Position numbers and translations under genes: made by a program
Notes under the pieces: model-generated
Database searches by the model: none
Seen by the model: only the letters and a program-made list of their open reading frames with translations
What the model was told of the DNA's origin: nothing
Assembly (NCBI GenBank): GCA_963787125.1
Contig: CAWBBV010000012.1
Coordinates: forward strand, 128,001 to 192,000
Length of the DNA stretch: 64,000 bases
Direction of reading: 5' to 3'
DNA from: an uncultured delta proteobacterium
GTDB taxonomy: Bacteria > Desulfobacterota > Desulfuromonadia > Geobacterales > DSM-12255
Part shown: positions 22,784 to 32,667 of the stretch, one piece after another
Layout: every line of letters begins with the position of its first letter
How positions within the stretch are numbered: position 1 is the first letter of the stretch

Positions 22784-23680
22784 ATGCACAAGATCCTGTC
22801 TGCTGTTTTTGTCATAACTATAGCCATTCCGGTATCCATTCCAGCTGCTGAATCTTCACTGGCTCTACCTCCTGCCGAACAGCAACTTCTCCTCAAGGAT
22901 ATGCCTGTACAGGTGGATAAACCTCTTTTTGACTGTCTTAAGGCGCTTCCGACCCAGAAGGTATTGACACTGGATGAGCTCCACCTGAAAAGATTCAAGC
23001 GACTGAAAGATGTTGCCAGATCAGTCAGCAGTCAGCGCGATTCCATGCTCGAATTTGATGGTTATGTCAAATGGATGGGCGGGACACTTTCGGGCTACTC
23101 AAAATATGTGGAAGCAGGCTCTTTTGCCGCCGGTTTTGCAAAATTACTGCCTATCCCTTATGCCGGCCAGGCCGGCCAGCTTTCTAAATTTGCTTCCCAC
23201 TTTGCGCTTTCGCTGAGCGGCACTTCTGCAGCCGTCAGGCAGTACCTGGCATCTTCGCAGCAGTTTATTGCCGGTGTCGAGGCCCTTGGTCAGACAGCCA
23301 CGGCAGGAAAGGAGAGTGAGATGGCGTTTCTTACTTTCTATGCTGATCAGCAGCTAACCAAGGATATGTTCGATCTGCAGGTCAGGCTTTCTACAACGTC
23401 TGAACTCTCTGCATCGGCGCTCTCCTTTCTGATAAGTATGCAGCAGTATCTTGGCAGTACCGATGAATATTGGCAGAAGACAAAATCCATGGTTAGCAGA
23501 AAAGACGTCGATAAATCTGAAAAAGGCGCTCTGGCCGGCAGCATCGATGGTCTCAAAGCGCGAGCTGAAGAGTTTAATAAACGTTTGAAAATATATGATG
23601 AAAATGTCAGTAAAACTGTGCCGCAGATTGCAGCTCTGATTGCATATGATGAGCTGCGGCAGGATATTGAAAGTAAGTAG
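22784..23680 (+). CDS. Hypothetical exported helical protein
   Basis: 298-aa ORF in operon with lepB; signal-peptide-like N-terminus. Confidence 0.65.
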   Translation: MHKILSAVFVITIAIPVSIPAAESSLALPPAEQQLLLKDMPVQVDKPLFDCLKALPTQKVLTLDELHLKRFKRLKDVARSVSSQRDSMLEFDGYVKWMGGTLSGYSKYVEAGSFAAGFAKLLPIPYAGQAGQLSKFASHFALSLSGTSAAVRQYLASSQQFIAGVEALGQTATAGKESEMAFLTFYADQQLTKDMFDLQVRLSTTSELSASALSFLISMQQYLGSTDEYWQKTKSMVSRKDVDKSEKGALAGSIDGLKARAEEFNKRLKIYDENVSKTVPQIAALIAYDELRQDIESK

Positions 23681-23707
23681 TTATTATTATATTTCAGGAG
23701 AGACGAA

Positions 23708-24904
23708 ATGAGTGAACTGCATGATAACGGACTTGAAGAGTCCACAGAAGAGAGTTTCGCAGAGCTTTTTGCTGCCAGCCAGTCTAAAACCGGCAGACTG
23801 AAACCCGGCGAACAGATCAAGGCAAAGGTTCTTCATCTTTCGGGTGAGTGGGTTTTTCTTGATATCGGCCAAAAGGGTGAAGGTGTTCTGGCCGCCGCTG
23901 AATTAAGAGATCCGGAAGGTAAGCTGGTTGTTTCTCCCGGTGACATCATCACTGCCTGGTTTGTCGGTGGTGAACGGGGTGAGATGCGCTTTACCACCAA
24001 GATAGGCGGAGTAGGGGCGGCTGACCGTTCGCTTATTGAAGATGCCTGGAATGCCGGTATCCCTGTCGAAGGTTCCGTGGAGAAAGAGGTAAAAGGCGGT
24101 TTTGAAGTGAAGATCGGCTCTAACCGCGCGTTTGCGCCATTTTCACAGATGTCCCTGAGACGGGTGAGCGATGCTTCAGTTTTTGTCGGCAAGCGCCTCA
24201 AGTTCATGATCACCGAATATGCTGAAGGTGGCCGCAATCTCATCGTTTCTCACCGTGCTATTCTCGAAGAAGAGGCTGCACAGGAGAAAGAGCTTTTAAA
24301 GGGTACCTTGCAGGTCGGCATGATCATGAATGCTACCGTAACCTCTATTCAGAAGTTCGGCGCATTTGTCCGCGCCGGTGGTATTGAAGGGCTTCTGCCC
24401 GTTTCCGAAATCGGCTGGAAAAGAGTCGAAAATGTTGCCGATATTCTTACCGTTGGTGATGAGATTTCGGTAGTCCTTAAGTTCATTGACTGGGAGAACG
24501 ATAAATTTTCCTTCAGCCTCAAGGACACCTTGGCCAATCCCTGGGATGCAATGCTGGACAACTTTCCGGTCGGCTCTTCTCACACAGGCACAGTCTCCCG
24601 GCTTGCCCAGTTCGGCGCCTTTGTAACCCTCGGCGACGGCATTGACGGCCTTTTGCATATCTCTAAAATCGGCAAAGGGAAGCGCATCGCTCATCCGCGC
24701 GAGGTCCTCAAAGAAGGAGAAGTTGTAGAGGTCCTGATAGAAGGCGTTGACAGAGACACCAAGCGGATCTCTCTTGCGCTTGCCGAGACGGTGCGTGCCG
24801 CGGCTGAAGCTGAAAATGATCTGAGCGCTTTCCGTCAGCAGACAGCAGATGCTCCTGCAGGGATGGGGACGTTTGCCGACCTGTTGAAAGCCAAGTTTAA
24901 ATAG
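23708..24904 (+). CDS. rpsA: 30S ribosomal protein S1 family protein (four S1 repeats; possibly a short paralog)
   Basis: SFAELF N-terminus, repeated FGAFV..GI.GLL..S.I motifs, GTFADLLKAK end. Confidence 0.85.
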   Translation: MSELHDNGLEESTEESFAELFAASQSKTGRLKPGEQIKAKVLHLSGEWVFLDIGQKGEGVLAAAELRDPEGKLVVSPGDIITAWFVGGERGEMRFTTKIGGVGAADRSLIEDAWNAGIPVEGSVEKEVKGGFEVKIGSNRAFAPFSQMSLRRVSDASVFVGKRLKFMITEYAEGGRNLIVSHRAILEEEAAQEKELLKGTLQVGMIMNATVTSIQKFGAFVRAGGIEGLLPVSEIGWKRVENVADILTVGDEISVVLKFIDWENDKFSFSLKDTLANPWDAMLDNFPVGSSHTGTVSRLAQFGAFVTLGDGIDGLLHISKIGKGKRIAHPREVLKEGEVVEVLIEGVDRDTKRISLALAETVRAAAEAENDLSAFRQQTADAPAGMGTFADLLKAKFK

Positions 24905-24926
24905 ACATAAAAACGGAAAATCTTTC

Positions 24927-24966
24927 AAAAAAAGGGTCTCATGCTTCACCGCATGAGACCCTTTTT
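24927..24966. terminator. Rho-independent terminator after the S1 gene
   Basis: AAAAAGGGTCTCATGC..GCATGAGACCCTTTTT perfect stem with A/T tails. Confidence 0.85.
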
Positions 24967-25043
24967 CCTTTAGTGCATGACTTTATCCTTTTACTTCTTC
25001 ATGATAGATTATTGATTTTCAGTGTGACATTAAAGATGAATAG

Positions 25044-25072
25044 TTGACATGGCGAAGGAGTGACACTAGACT
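25044..25072 (+). promoter_or_regulatory. Putative sigma70 promoter of MCP-panBC
   Basis: TTGACA, 17 bp spacer, TAGACT. Confidence 0.5.
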
Positions 25073-25129
25073 AGCGCGGTTGCATCCGTCTAAGGCAAGT
25101 TATCCCCTTTCATCTCCAAGGACAAGCGT

Positions 25130-27115
25130 ATGACAGGCACAAAAATGCAGAGGAAAATTAAATATGCGATCCTGGGGATTATTCTGGGAATCGGCGCACC
25201 GGTAACCTGGATGTCTATCAAGATTATCTTTTTTACTGGGGCTGAGCAGACATTTTTAAATCATTTGACCCTTGAGCTGACCTCCTCTGCGGTGAATATC
25301 TCCCTTTATCTTTTTATGGGGTTTGGAACTTCACTTGTTATGGGTGGACTTGGGTACTTTATCGGCAAGTCGGCTGACGAACTGAGTGAGCGAGCTGTTG
25401 AACTGAATCTTCTCCATCAGGAAGTCAATGCCCAGAAAGAGCTTTTTGAGAATCGTTACAAGATTCTGGACAATAATATCAAAAACTTTCACCAGATAAG
25501 CAGTCGGATTCAGAAGTCTATGGATGTGCCCGAGGTATTAACTCTTTGTGCGGAAGGCCTGCATGAAATACTGGGCTATGAGAGGGTAAACATCCTTACC
25601 GTTGATGAAGCCAGAGAGAACCTGCGTTTCATTATCTCAACAGGAGCTGAAGAGGACGTCAAAGGCCACAGGATCCCACTGGACGGACGCAGCGGAGTTA
25701 TTTTCAAATGTTTTGCCGAAAAGAAACTGTATCTGGTTGACGATATCTCCAGGTACCCGGATGATTTCCATCTTAAAGCGCCGTGTAATTCGATAAAGGC
25801 CCTCAGGTCCAACAATTTCATCCTTTGTCCCTTAGTGGTTAAGGGCGAGGCCGTCGGTGTTTTCGGTATCGATAACAAATACAGTAAAAGAGCTCTGAAC
25901 GATACTGATGTTGATACCGCAAAACTTTTTGTGGATCAGGCGGCGTCAGCCATAACAAAAATCAATCTCCTTAAAGCCATCGATACCCTTACCACCGAAC
26001 TGGAAAGATCTTTTTCCGAGATTCTTAATCGCAGGGATGACTATTCCGTTAATATCAAAACCCTCGAAGGGTCTGTGCTTGCCATGTCATCGACCACAAA
26101 AGACATTGCCTCTGCAGCTGAGGCGGTGCTGCGTTCTGTCGATGAAACCAGTAAAGCTGCCGGTGATATTTCGGTAGCGATTGAAAATGCTACGACCAGT
26201 CTTGATTCGCTCACAGAGTCCACCTACAAATCCGCGTCGGCAATGGAGCAGATCAGCGCCTCCCTGAAAAATGTCGAGCAGAGTGCAGCACTTTCGCACA
26301 AAGTTTCCATGCAGGTTAAATCCCACGCCGATGAAGGTCGTCTGGTTTTAAGTGAAACGGCCGATGCGCTGGCAGAAATACAGCGAGCAGTTGATTTCTC
26401 CTACAAAGGAATAATGCGACTGTCGGAAAACAGCACGCGTATTGACAGCATCGTCAATGTCATTAACGACATTACCAAGCGAACCAACTTGCTGGCGCTA
26501 AACGCCTCAATCATTGCTGCGCAGGCTGGTGAATACGGTAAAAGCTTCGGCGTTGTTGCTGATGAAATAAGAAATCTATCTCTCCAGACGGGACAGTCTA
26601 CCGGAGAGATCACGTCAATCATTGAAGAGATCCTCCGTGAGTCAAGGGCGGCCGCAGATAATATTTCCCAGACAAAGCATCTGGTCCAAAAAGGTGTTCT
26701 TCTGGGGCACAACACCGGTAACTCTTTGAATACAATTATCATTAGTGCCAACAAGTCCATGGAGATGACGGAAGAGATCAAGCTGGCAACCAGAGAGCAG
26801 ACCTATGGCGTCGATATGGTGACACGATCTATCGAAGAGGTAAGTTCGATGACTTCAAGGATTTTCAGTGTCTCCAAAGAGCAGGCTGATGCCACTCGCA
26901 GCATTGTTCATGCAATCGGCACGATCCGGCGGATGGCAGAGGAGATGGTCGGTACCACTGCAGAGCAGGTTCGTGGCAGCAGAGAGACCCGCAATGCAGT
27001 TAATAGTGTTGCCAAGATGGCCCACGATATTTTCACCGATCTGGAGATCCGGAAACTGGAAAGCGCTTCTGTTGTCAGTGAATTGGAAGTCATGAAAAGT
27101 GGTTCAAAGTGTTAA
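25130..27115 (+). CDS. Methyl-accepting chemotaxis protein with GAF domain
   Basis: Two TM helices, GAF-like region (CPLVVKGEAVGVFGIDN), TNLLALNASI.AA.AGEYGK.FGVVADEIR signaling hairpin. Confidence 0.92.
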   Translation: MTGTKMQRKIKYAILGIILGIGAPVTWMSIKIIFFTGAEQTFLNHLTLELTSSAVNISLYLFMGFGTSLVMGGLGYFIGKSADELSERAVELNLLHQEVNAQKELFENRYKILDNNIKNFHQISSRIQKSMDVPEVLTLCAEGLHEILGYERVNILTVDEARENLRFIISTGAEEDVKGHRIPLDGRSGVIFKCFAEKKLYLVDDISRYPDDFHLKAPCNSIKALRSNNFILCPLVVKGEAVGVFGIDNKYSKRALNDTDVDTAKLFVDQAASAITKINLLKAIDTLTTELERSFSEILNRRDDYSVNIKTLEGSVLAMSSTTKDIASAAEAVLRSVDETSKAAGDISVAIENATTSLDSLTESTYKSASAMEQISASLKNVEQSAALSHKVSMQVKSHADEGRLVLSETADALAEIQRAVDFSYKGIMRLSENSTRIDSIVNVINDITKRTNLLALNASIIAAQAGEYGKSFGVVADEIRNLSLQTGQSTGEITSIIEEILRESRAAADNISQTKHLVQKGVLLGHNTGNSLNTIIISANKSMEMTEEIKLATREQTYGVDMVTRSIEEVSSMTSRIFSVSKEQADATRSIVHAIGTIRRMAEEMVGTTAEQVRGSRETRNAVNSVAKMAHDIFTDLEIRKLESASVVSELEVMKSGSKC

Positions 27116-27161
27116 TGGCAGGACAATATCTTTTTTGAGCAGGGCTAAAGGGGAACAGCCA

Positions 27162-27965
27162 TTGACCCGGAAAAAAACAATTCTTGATATTCAGAAGATG
27201 AAGAGCGATGGCGAGAAGATCACCATGCTCACCTGTTACGATTACCCAACCGCGCGGATCATGGACGCTTGCGGCATTGACGTCATTTTAGTCGGTGATT
27301 CCGTCGGGGTTGTCTTTTCCGGTTACGAAAGCACCCTCCCGGTGACTATGGAAGATATGCTCTATCACACCCGTGCCGTTGTCCGCGCCAACCCGAAAGC
27401 GCTGGTTGTTGCCGACATGCCGTTCATGTCCTATCAGATCAGCATTGCCGACGCCAGGCTCAATGCCGGGCGGATGATCAAGGATGGCGGTGCCGCCGCA
27501 GTCAAGCTGGAGGGGGGGGTAAACATCGCTGCAACGATTAAGTCTCTGGTGGATATTGATATCCCCGTTGTTGCCCATATCGGACTGACCCCACAGTCAA
27601 TCCACCGCATGGGGGGCTACAAGGTGCAGGGGAAAAAACAGGAGCAGGCTGATAAGTTGCTGGAGGACGCCCTGGCTGTTGCCGAGGCCGGAGCATTTGC
27701 AGTCGTGCTCGAAGGGATACCCCAGTCTCTTGCAAAGAGAATCACTGAAAGTATCGCCATTCCAACCATCGGTATTGGCGCCGGTGCCGGCTGCGACGGT
27801 CAGGTGCTGGTGATTCATGACATTCTCGGTTTGTGCGAGAAGTATTCGCCAAAGTTTGTCAAAAGATATGCCGACGCCAAAGGGCTCATTACTGACGCTG
27901 TCAGCGCCTATATCCAGGATGTAAAGACAGGCAATTTCCCCCTTGAAGAGCACAGCTTCAACTAA
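27162..27965 (+). CDS. panB: 3-methyl-2-oxobutanoate hydroxymethyltransferase
   Basis: MLTCYD, LVGDS, ADMPF, VKLEGG, HIGLTPQS; TTG start 27162. Confidence 0.96.
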   Translation: MTRKKTILDIQKMKSDGEKITMLTCYDYPTARIMDACGIDVILVGDSVGVVFSGYESTLPVTMEDMLYHTRAVVRANPKALVVADMPFMSYQISIADARLNAGRMIKDGGAAAVKLEGGVNIAATIKSLVDIDIPVVAHIGLTPQSIHRMGGYKVQGKKQEQADKLLEDALAVAEAGAFAVVLEGIPQSLAKRITESIAIPTIGIGAGAGCDGQVLVIHDILGLCEKYSPKFVKRYADAKGLITDAVSAYIQDVKTGNFPLEEHSFN

Positions 27966-27997
27966 TAATATCTTAAAGTGTTGAATCAGGAAACAGC

Positions 27998-28846
27998 ATG
28001 AGACTTATTGAATCTGTTGATGAAATGCAGACAATAGCACTTCTTGGACGTAGCGAAGGGCAGCGGATTGGACTCGTCCCTACCATGGGGTACCTCCATA
28101 AAGGTCACGCCTCCTTGATGACTGCGGGCCGGAAGCAGAGCGACCTCCTGGTCGCGTCCATCTTTGTGAATCCAACCCAGTTTGGCGTTGGTGAGGATTT
28201 TGAAAAATACCCGCGTAACCTTGAGGGTGATATGACAATGGCGCAAGAGGCTGGCGTCGATATCGTTTTCGCCCCTACTGCCGCCGGGATGTACCCTGCC
28301 GGTTATCAGACTTATGTAAACGTCGAGCAGATATCGCTTCCTCTCTGCGGCGGCAGCAGGCCGGGGCATTTCAGGGGGGTGACTACCGTTGTCACCAAGC
28401 TCTTCGCCATTACTCAGCCTCATCTGGCGCTGTTCGGCACCAAGGATTACCAGCAGCTTGCCGTAATCAGGCAGATGACTGCCGACTTGAACTTCCCGGT
28501 AGTGATCATCGGCATGCCCATTGTCCGCGAACCAGATGGTCTTGCCATGAGCTCCAGAAACGCCTATCTTTCCCCCCAGGAGCGGCAGGACGCATTATGC
28601 CTGCAGGCCGCCATCACTCAAGTCAAAAACTGTTTCAATGGCGGTGAGACGTCCGCCACTGAGCTGAAAAAAGTTGCAGTCCAGACGATTTCCAGGGTGG
28701 CAGCGGCGGTACCTGATTATATTGAACTCTGTGACAGCCGCTCCCTGGAGGCGGTTAGCCGCGTTGACAGCAGCTGTCTGCTGGCGCTGGCAGTCAAAAT
28801 AGGTAAAACAAGACTGATAGACAACGCCATTCTGGGAGAAGGATAA
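27998..28846 (+). CDS. panC: Pantoate-beta-alanine ligase
   Basis: [39 protein letters not shown]. Confidence 0.97.
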   Translation: MRLIESVDEMQTIALLGRSEGQRIGLVPTMGYLHKGHASLMTAGRKQSDLLVASIFVNPTQFGVGEDFEKYPRNLEGDMTMAQEAGVDIVFAPTAAGMYPAGYQTYVNVEQISLPLCGGSRPGHFRGVTTVVTKLFAITQPHLALFGTKDYQQLAVIRQMTADLNFPVVIIGMPIVREPDGLAMSSRNAYLSPQERQDALCLQAAITQVKNCFNGGETSATELKKVAVQTISRVAAAVPDYIELCDSRSLEAVSRVDSSCLLALAVKIGKTRLIDNAILGEG

Positions 28847-28855
28847 CCGCTCTAA

Positions 28856-30097
28856 ATGCAGATTTACGCGGCCTCATATCTGTTGCCAATAAGCGGCTCC
28901 CCAGTAGAAGGGGGAGCCGTTGCTGTTGAAAACGGCCTGATCAAGGCTGTCGGCAGGCTTGCTGACCTGCGCAGCCGCTTCGCTGCTGCCGCTGTCCACG
29001 AATTCCCCGGCGCGGTTCTCATGCCCGGCCTTGTCAACGCCCACACTCATCTGGAACTGACCCATTTCCCGGCCTGGCTCGCTAAAAGCGCGCATGGCAG
29101 TGACGCCTGCTCCTATGTTGACTGGATTATCAGGGTAATCAAGGTGAAGAGCGGCCTGACTTTGGACGAACTGGTCGCGTCGCTCCTGGCAGGCCTGAAG
29201 ATCTCCCTGCAAAGCGGCACGACCATGGTCGGCGATATTCTCTCTGAGCGCCGTCTTATCCCCCTATATAAAAAATCGCTCCTGTCAGGCAGGCTCTATT
29301 TAGAGTTCATCGGCCAGGATCCGGCACGCTACAGTGAGCGGCTGCTCTCCATTCATGAGGATCTCCGCTCCCTGCCTGACAATTTCCTCCCCGGGCTTTC
29401 GCCCCATGCGCCATTTACCGTGTCAGCGCCGCTGCTGCACGCTCTGCTTGATGTAGCGAGCGATACACATTTTCCGCTGACCATGCACCTGGCCGAATCT
29501 GCGGAGGAGAGCGCATTTTTTTTCAACTCAAGCGGCAGAATAGCAACAGAGCTTTATCCGTTTGTCGGCTGGGACCGCTATCTTCCCGAACCGCTGGGGA
29601 TTTCACCGACAGAATGGCTGGACTCTGAGAGGGCGCTCAGCCCGGATCTGCTGGCAGTTCACGCAGTCCATCTCAATCAGGCTGATATTGATGTAGTTAA
29701 AGGTACAGGCACATCTGTAGTCCTGGTTCCCCGGAGCAACTATAATCTCGGCGTCGGCAAGGCTCCCGTGCAGCTGCTTCTTGAGGCAGGCGTGCCGCTT
29801 GCCCTCGGCACAGATTCCCTGGCAAGCAGTGACTCCCTCTCTTTGTGGGATGAAATGCGTTTCCTCCTCGATGAATTTCCGGGGGTATTTACAGCAAAGG
29901 ACGCTCTCAGGCTGGCAACTATTGGCGGCGCACAAGCGCTCAAGCGCGACAGCGAAGCAGGAACACTGGAACCGGGCAAGCGGGCCGACTTTATCGTCGT
30001 CCAGACCGGCAGCAGCCCGGATAAACAACGGCTTTACCAACAACTGCTTGAGGGTGCGAAGATTCTGGCTGTCTGGTCCGGCGGTAAAAGGACTTAA
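28856..30097 (+). CDS. Metal-dependent amidohydrolase/deaminase family protein
   Basis: PGLVNAHTHLE, SPHAP, HLAES, AVH.VH, LGTDS, G.LEPGK.AD. Confidence 0.88.
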   Translation: MQIYAASYLLPISGSPVEGGAVAVENGLIKAVGRLADLRSRFAAAAVHEFPGAVLMPGLVNAHTHLELTHFPAWLAKSAHGSDACSYVDWIIRVIKVKSGLTLDELVASLLAGLKISLQSGTTMVGDILSERRLIPLYKKSLLSGRLYLEFIGQDPARYSERLLSIHEDLRSLPDNFLPGLSPHAPFTVSAPLLHALLDVASDTHFPLTMHLAESAEESAFFFNSSGRIATELYPFVGWDRYLPEPLGISPTEWLDSERALSPDLLAVHAVHLNQADIDVVKGTGTSVVLVPRSNYNLGVGKAPVQLLLEAGVPLALGTDSLASSDSLSLWDEMRFLLDEFPGVFTAKDALRLATIGGAQALKRDSEAGTLEPGKRADFIVVQTGSSPDKQRLYQQLLEGAKILAVWSGGKRT

Positions 30098-30109
30098 GCT
30101 CCTGAGTAA

Positions 30110-30160
30110 GTTCCCTTCGACTCCGCTCAGGGAACGGGCGTGCGCTGAGCGGAATCGAAG
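30110..30160. repeat. REP-like palindromic pair
   Basis: CTTCGACTCCGCTCAG (30115-30130) and near-perfect inverse CTGAGCGGAATCGAAG (30145-30160); GTTCCCT..AGGGAAC stem. Confidence 0.7.
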
Positions 30161-30187
30161 CGCTAATTACTATTCTGCTGTAAATCA

Positions 30188-31028
30188 TTGGAGCGTGTGA
30201 CGTTGGAGCAACTGGGACTATTTGATATTCCGCTACAAAAGGAGCTTATCGTGGAGAGTGTTCGTTCACCCTATGACAAGGGAAAACTGTATCAGCTTGA
30301 GCTTAACCGTCTGCTCCCGGATCCTGAGCAGCCGCGCAAATTCTTTGATGAGCAGGCGCTGGCGGAGTTGCAGTCTTCCATTGTCTCCCATGGCGTGCTG
30401 CCAGCCGATACTGGTGCGCGTGGGGGGTGACGGGGAGCTCCTCATCGTCTCCGGAGAGCGCCGTTACCAGGCCTCGCTGCGCGCCGGCCTCGCAACTATT
30501 CCGGCCATTCTCACCGACGGCGAACCGTCCGAAATCGCCATCATAGAAAATCTTGTCCGGGAAAACCTCACCGCCATAGAAGAGGCCGAGGCGATTGAGC
30601 GGCTGCGGGCGGTGCACGACTACGGCTTTACTGAATTGGCCACAGTCCTCGGCAAGGCAGAATCGACCCTCTCGGAGATTCTTTCCCTGAATCGCCTGCC
30701 GGCAGCAGTAAAAGATGATTGTCGCAACGACCCCAAGGCGGCCCGGGGGATACTGACCGTTATTGCCCGGCAAAAGTCGCCGGAAAAGATGGCGACCATG
30801 TATCAGAAGTACAAGGCCAACGGGCTTACGCGTGGCGAGATTATCAAGCAGAGCGCTCCGAAAACGGTCAAGCAGGCGTTCAAGGCAAAGGAGATAGCGG
30901 CCTTTTGCGAAAGACTCGACCTGATGATTATTGAAGCGCTGTCTACAGAAGATAAGGCGGACTTCACCGCCGAGCTGAACAAGCTGCGTGGTGTAGCCTA
31001 TCAGAAGCTGAAGCTGCTCAAAGGGTAG
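30188..31028 (+). pseudogene. Orphan ParB/Spo0J-family CTPase-HTH protein, +1 frameshift near 30401
   Basis: QPRKFFD, GVLQPI restored by removing one C at 30401, GERRYQA, ENLVRENL, HTH; repaired ORF about 279 aa; no parA adjacent; indel could be a sequencing error. Confidence 0.85.
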
Positions 31029-31097
31029 GGCGGGTGGCCGGAAGATGGCGCTGGTTTGAAAAATCCGGGCATACAGTTGTATGATATCCGGCGGTTA

Positions 31098-31123
31098 CCC
31101 GACTTCGGCATGCCGAAGTCGGG
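31098..31123. repeat. Perfect 26-bp palindrome, candidate parS-like site
   Basis: CCCGACTTCGGCA|TGCCGAAGTCGGG with no loop, 70 bp after the parB stop. Confidence 0.6.
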
Positions 31124-31914
31124 AGTTTGTGGTAGACTCAATTTTATCAGTCTCTGAATAGTGACTTGTGCGTCGGAAGTTTACGCAGCAGCTCGATGTA
31201 TACGCAAAACTTATATAAGGAGCTCATTCCCTACTCAAGGATTCGGTTACTTATATTGGATACCTTTTGTAACTGATCAATAGGAATGCTATTTTCCAAA
31301 AGCAAGGTGTTTTAAGTGACAGAATTACCAGAAGATCTTGAACATTTAATTTACGAGGCGCTTGTCCAAGTCGGTTGGGATGCAAACGCAAATATAATAG
31401 CCGCCCGAATCCGTCGCTTCAATATCGGATTACCGAGAGAGGACGAGTTTTCAGTTATCTGCGGTTGGCTAGGATATTGCGAAATCATACACAAATTAGA
31501 CCAGCAAACCTCTAGCCATTCACGCAATTCTTATCAAGTACCTGATCTTCTGGCGATCTTCCGCAGCAAGTCTCGACCAATTCCGGTACTAATTGAGGTG
31601 AAGTCAAAGCATGACAAAGTCCTCTCGTTCCAACCTGACTACCACTCAAGACTTGTGAGATATGCAGAGTCGGTCCGACTTCCGTTACTCATTGCTTGAA
31701 AATTCCGTTCGCTTTGGATGTTATTTGACGTCTGTCATATGAAAAAGGCTAAAAGCAATTTCAAGATCCGTTTTGACACGGCGCTGAAGGAAAATCTACT
31801 GGGCGTCCTGGCAGGTGACTTTTCATACTCCCTCTTGTCAAGGACCAGGTTAATTTGCCACCCCCAGGATCAAAGTTATTTGCCACTTTAGGATTTTCAG
31901 GGGTAGCGTTGTAG

Positions 31915-32667
31915 TTAATCTGCTGACGGTTTTTGAGGTCTTGTTTTCTTTCTAAATGACTCTCCTTTCATAGCAATGTGATGAGCCCGGTGTGCCAGTC
32001 GGTCCATTGCCGAATTGGCCATCACCTGATCCGGGAAGAGCGACAGCCAGTCACCTGGCGGACGGTTTGAAGTGATAATTATAGAGCCTCGCTGGTGGCG
32101 TTCGGCAATGATTTCATAGAACTCCTCAGCCTGTGGCATGGTCATGGCGCTGAGGCCGAAGTCGTCAATTATCAGAAGGTCCGGAGCGAGGAGTTTTCTC
32201 AAGGCTTTCTCCCAAGTGCCGTCAGCCCTTGCTGTGTTGAGGTTTCGAAACAGCTTGGTTCCCTTGATAAACAGGGTGGAATGACCGATGCGACATGCCC
32301 GGTTGCCCAGTGCCTGAGCAAGGTGGGTCTTGCCGACTCCTGGCGGGCCGTAAAGAATCACATGCTCTTTTTTCCTGATGAACAGACCGGTCGCTAGATC
32401 CTTGATGGCCGCCACATTGACCCCGGTCAACTGGGCGAACTGAAACTCTTCGATACACTTCGGCTCTTCAAAGGAAGCTTTCTTAAGCCGCTGATTAAGG
32501 GTATTCGCTTCCCGGCGTTCAGTCTCATCCTGAACAATCAGTTCCATAAACTCCAGATAACCGAGATTGTTGCTTCGTGCCTGCTCAAGCCGCAGGTCCA
32601 GTGATTCGAGAATGCCGGAGAGTCTGAGCAGCTTCAAGCGGGACGTTAGTAGTGGGGAGATGCTCAT
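31915..32667 (-). CDS. istB: IS21 helper ATPase
   Basis: GPPGVGKTHLA Walker A, LLIIDDFG, TSNR, DRL.H. Confidence 0.95.
   Translation of the reverse strand: MSISPLLTSRLKLLRLSGILESLDLRLEQARSNNLGYLEFMELIVQDETERREANTLNQRLKKASFEEPKCIEEFQFAQLTGVNVAAIKDLATGLFIRKKEHVILYGPPGVGKTHLAQALGNRACRIGHSTLFIKGTKLFRNLNTARADGTWEKALRKLLAPDLLIIDDFGLSAMTMPQAEEFYEIIAERHQRGSIIITSNRPPGDWLSLFPDQVMANSAMDRLAHRAHHIAMKGESFRKKTRPQKPSAD

Noticed and set aside
30395..30410. Programmed frameshift in parB (and in the IS4 transposase near 37700)
   Set aside because: No slippery heptamer at either site; single-base indels fit decay or sequencing error better.
31697..31699. In-frame TGA as selenocysteine or recoding
   Set aside because: Context fits TGG>TGA at a Trp, no SECIS-like hairpin was recognised, and the gene is also IS-disrupted.
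31850..31890. Short TTTGCCAC repeats as a CRISPR array or iterons
   Set aside because: They are IS21 terminal transposase-binding repeats mirrored at the other end; no spacer array or cas genes.
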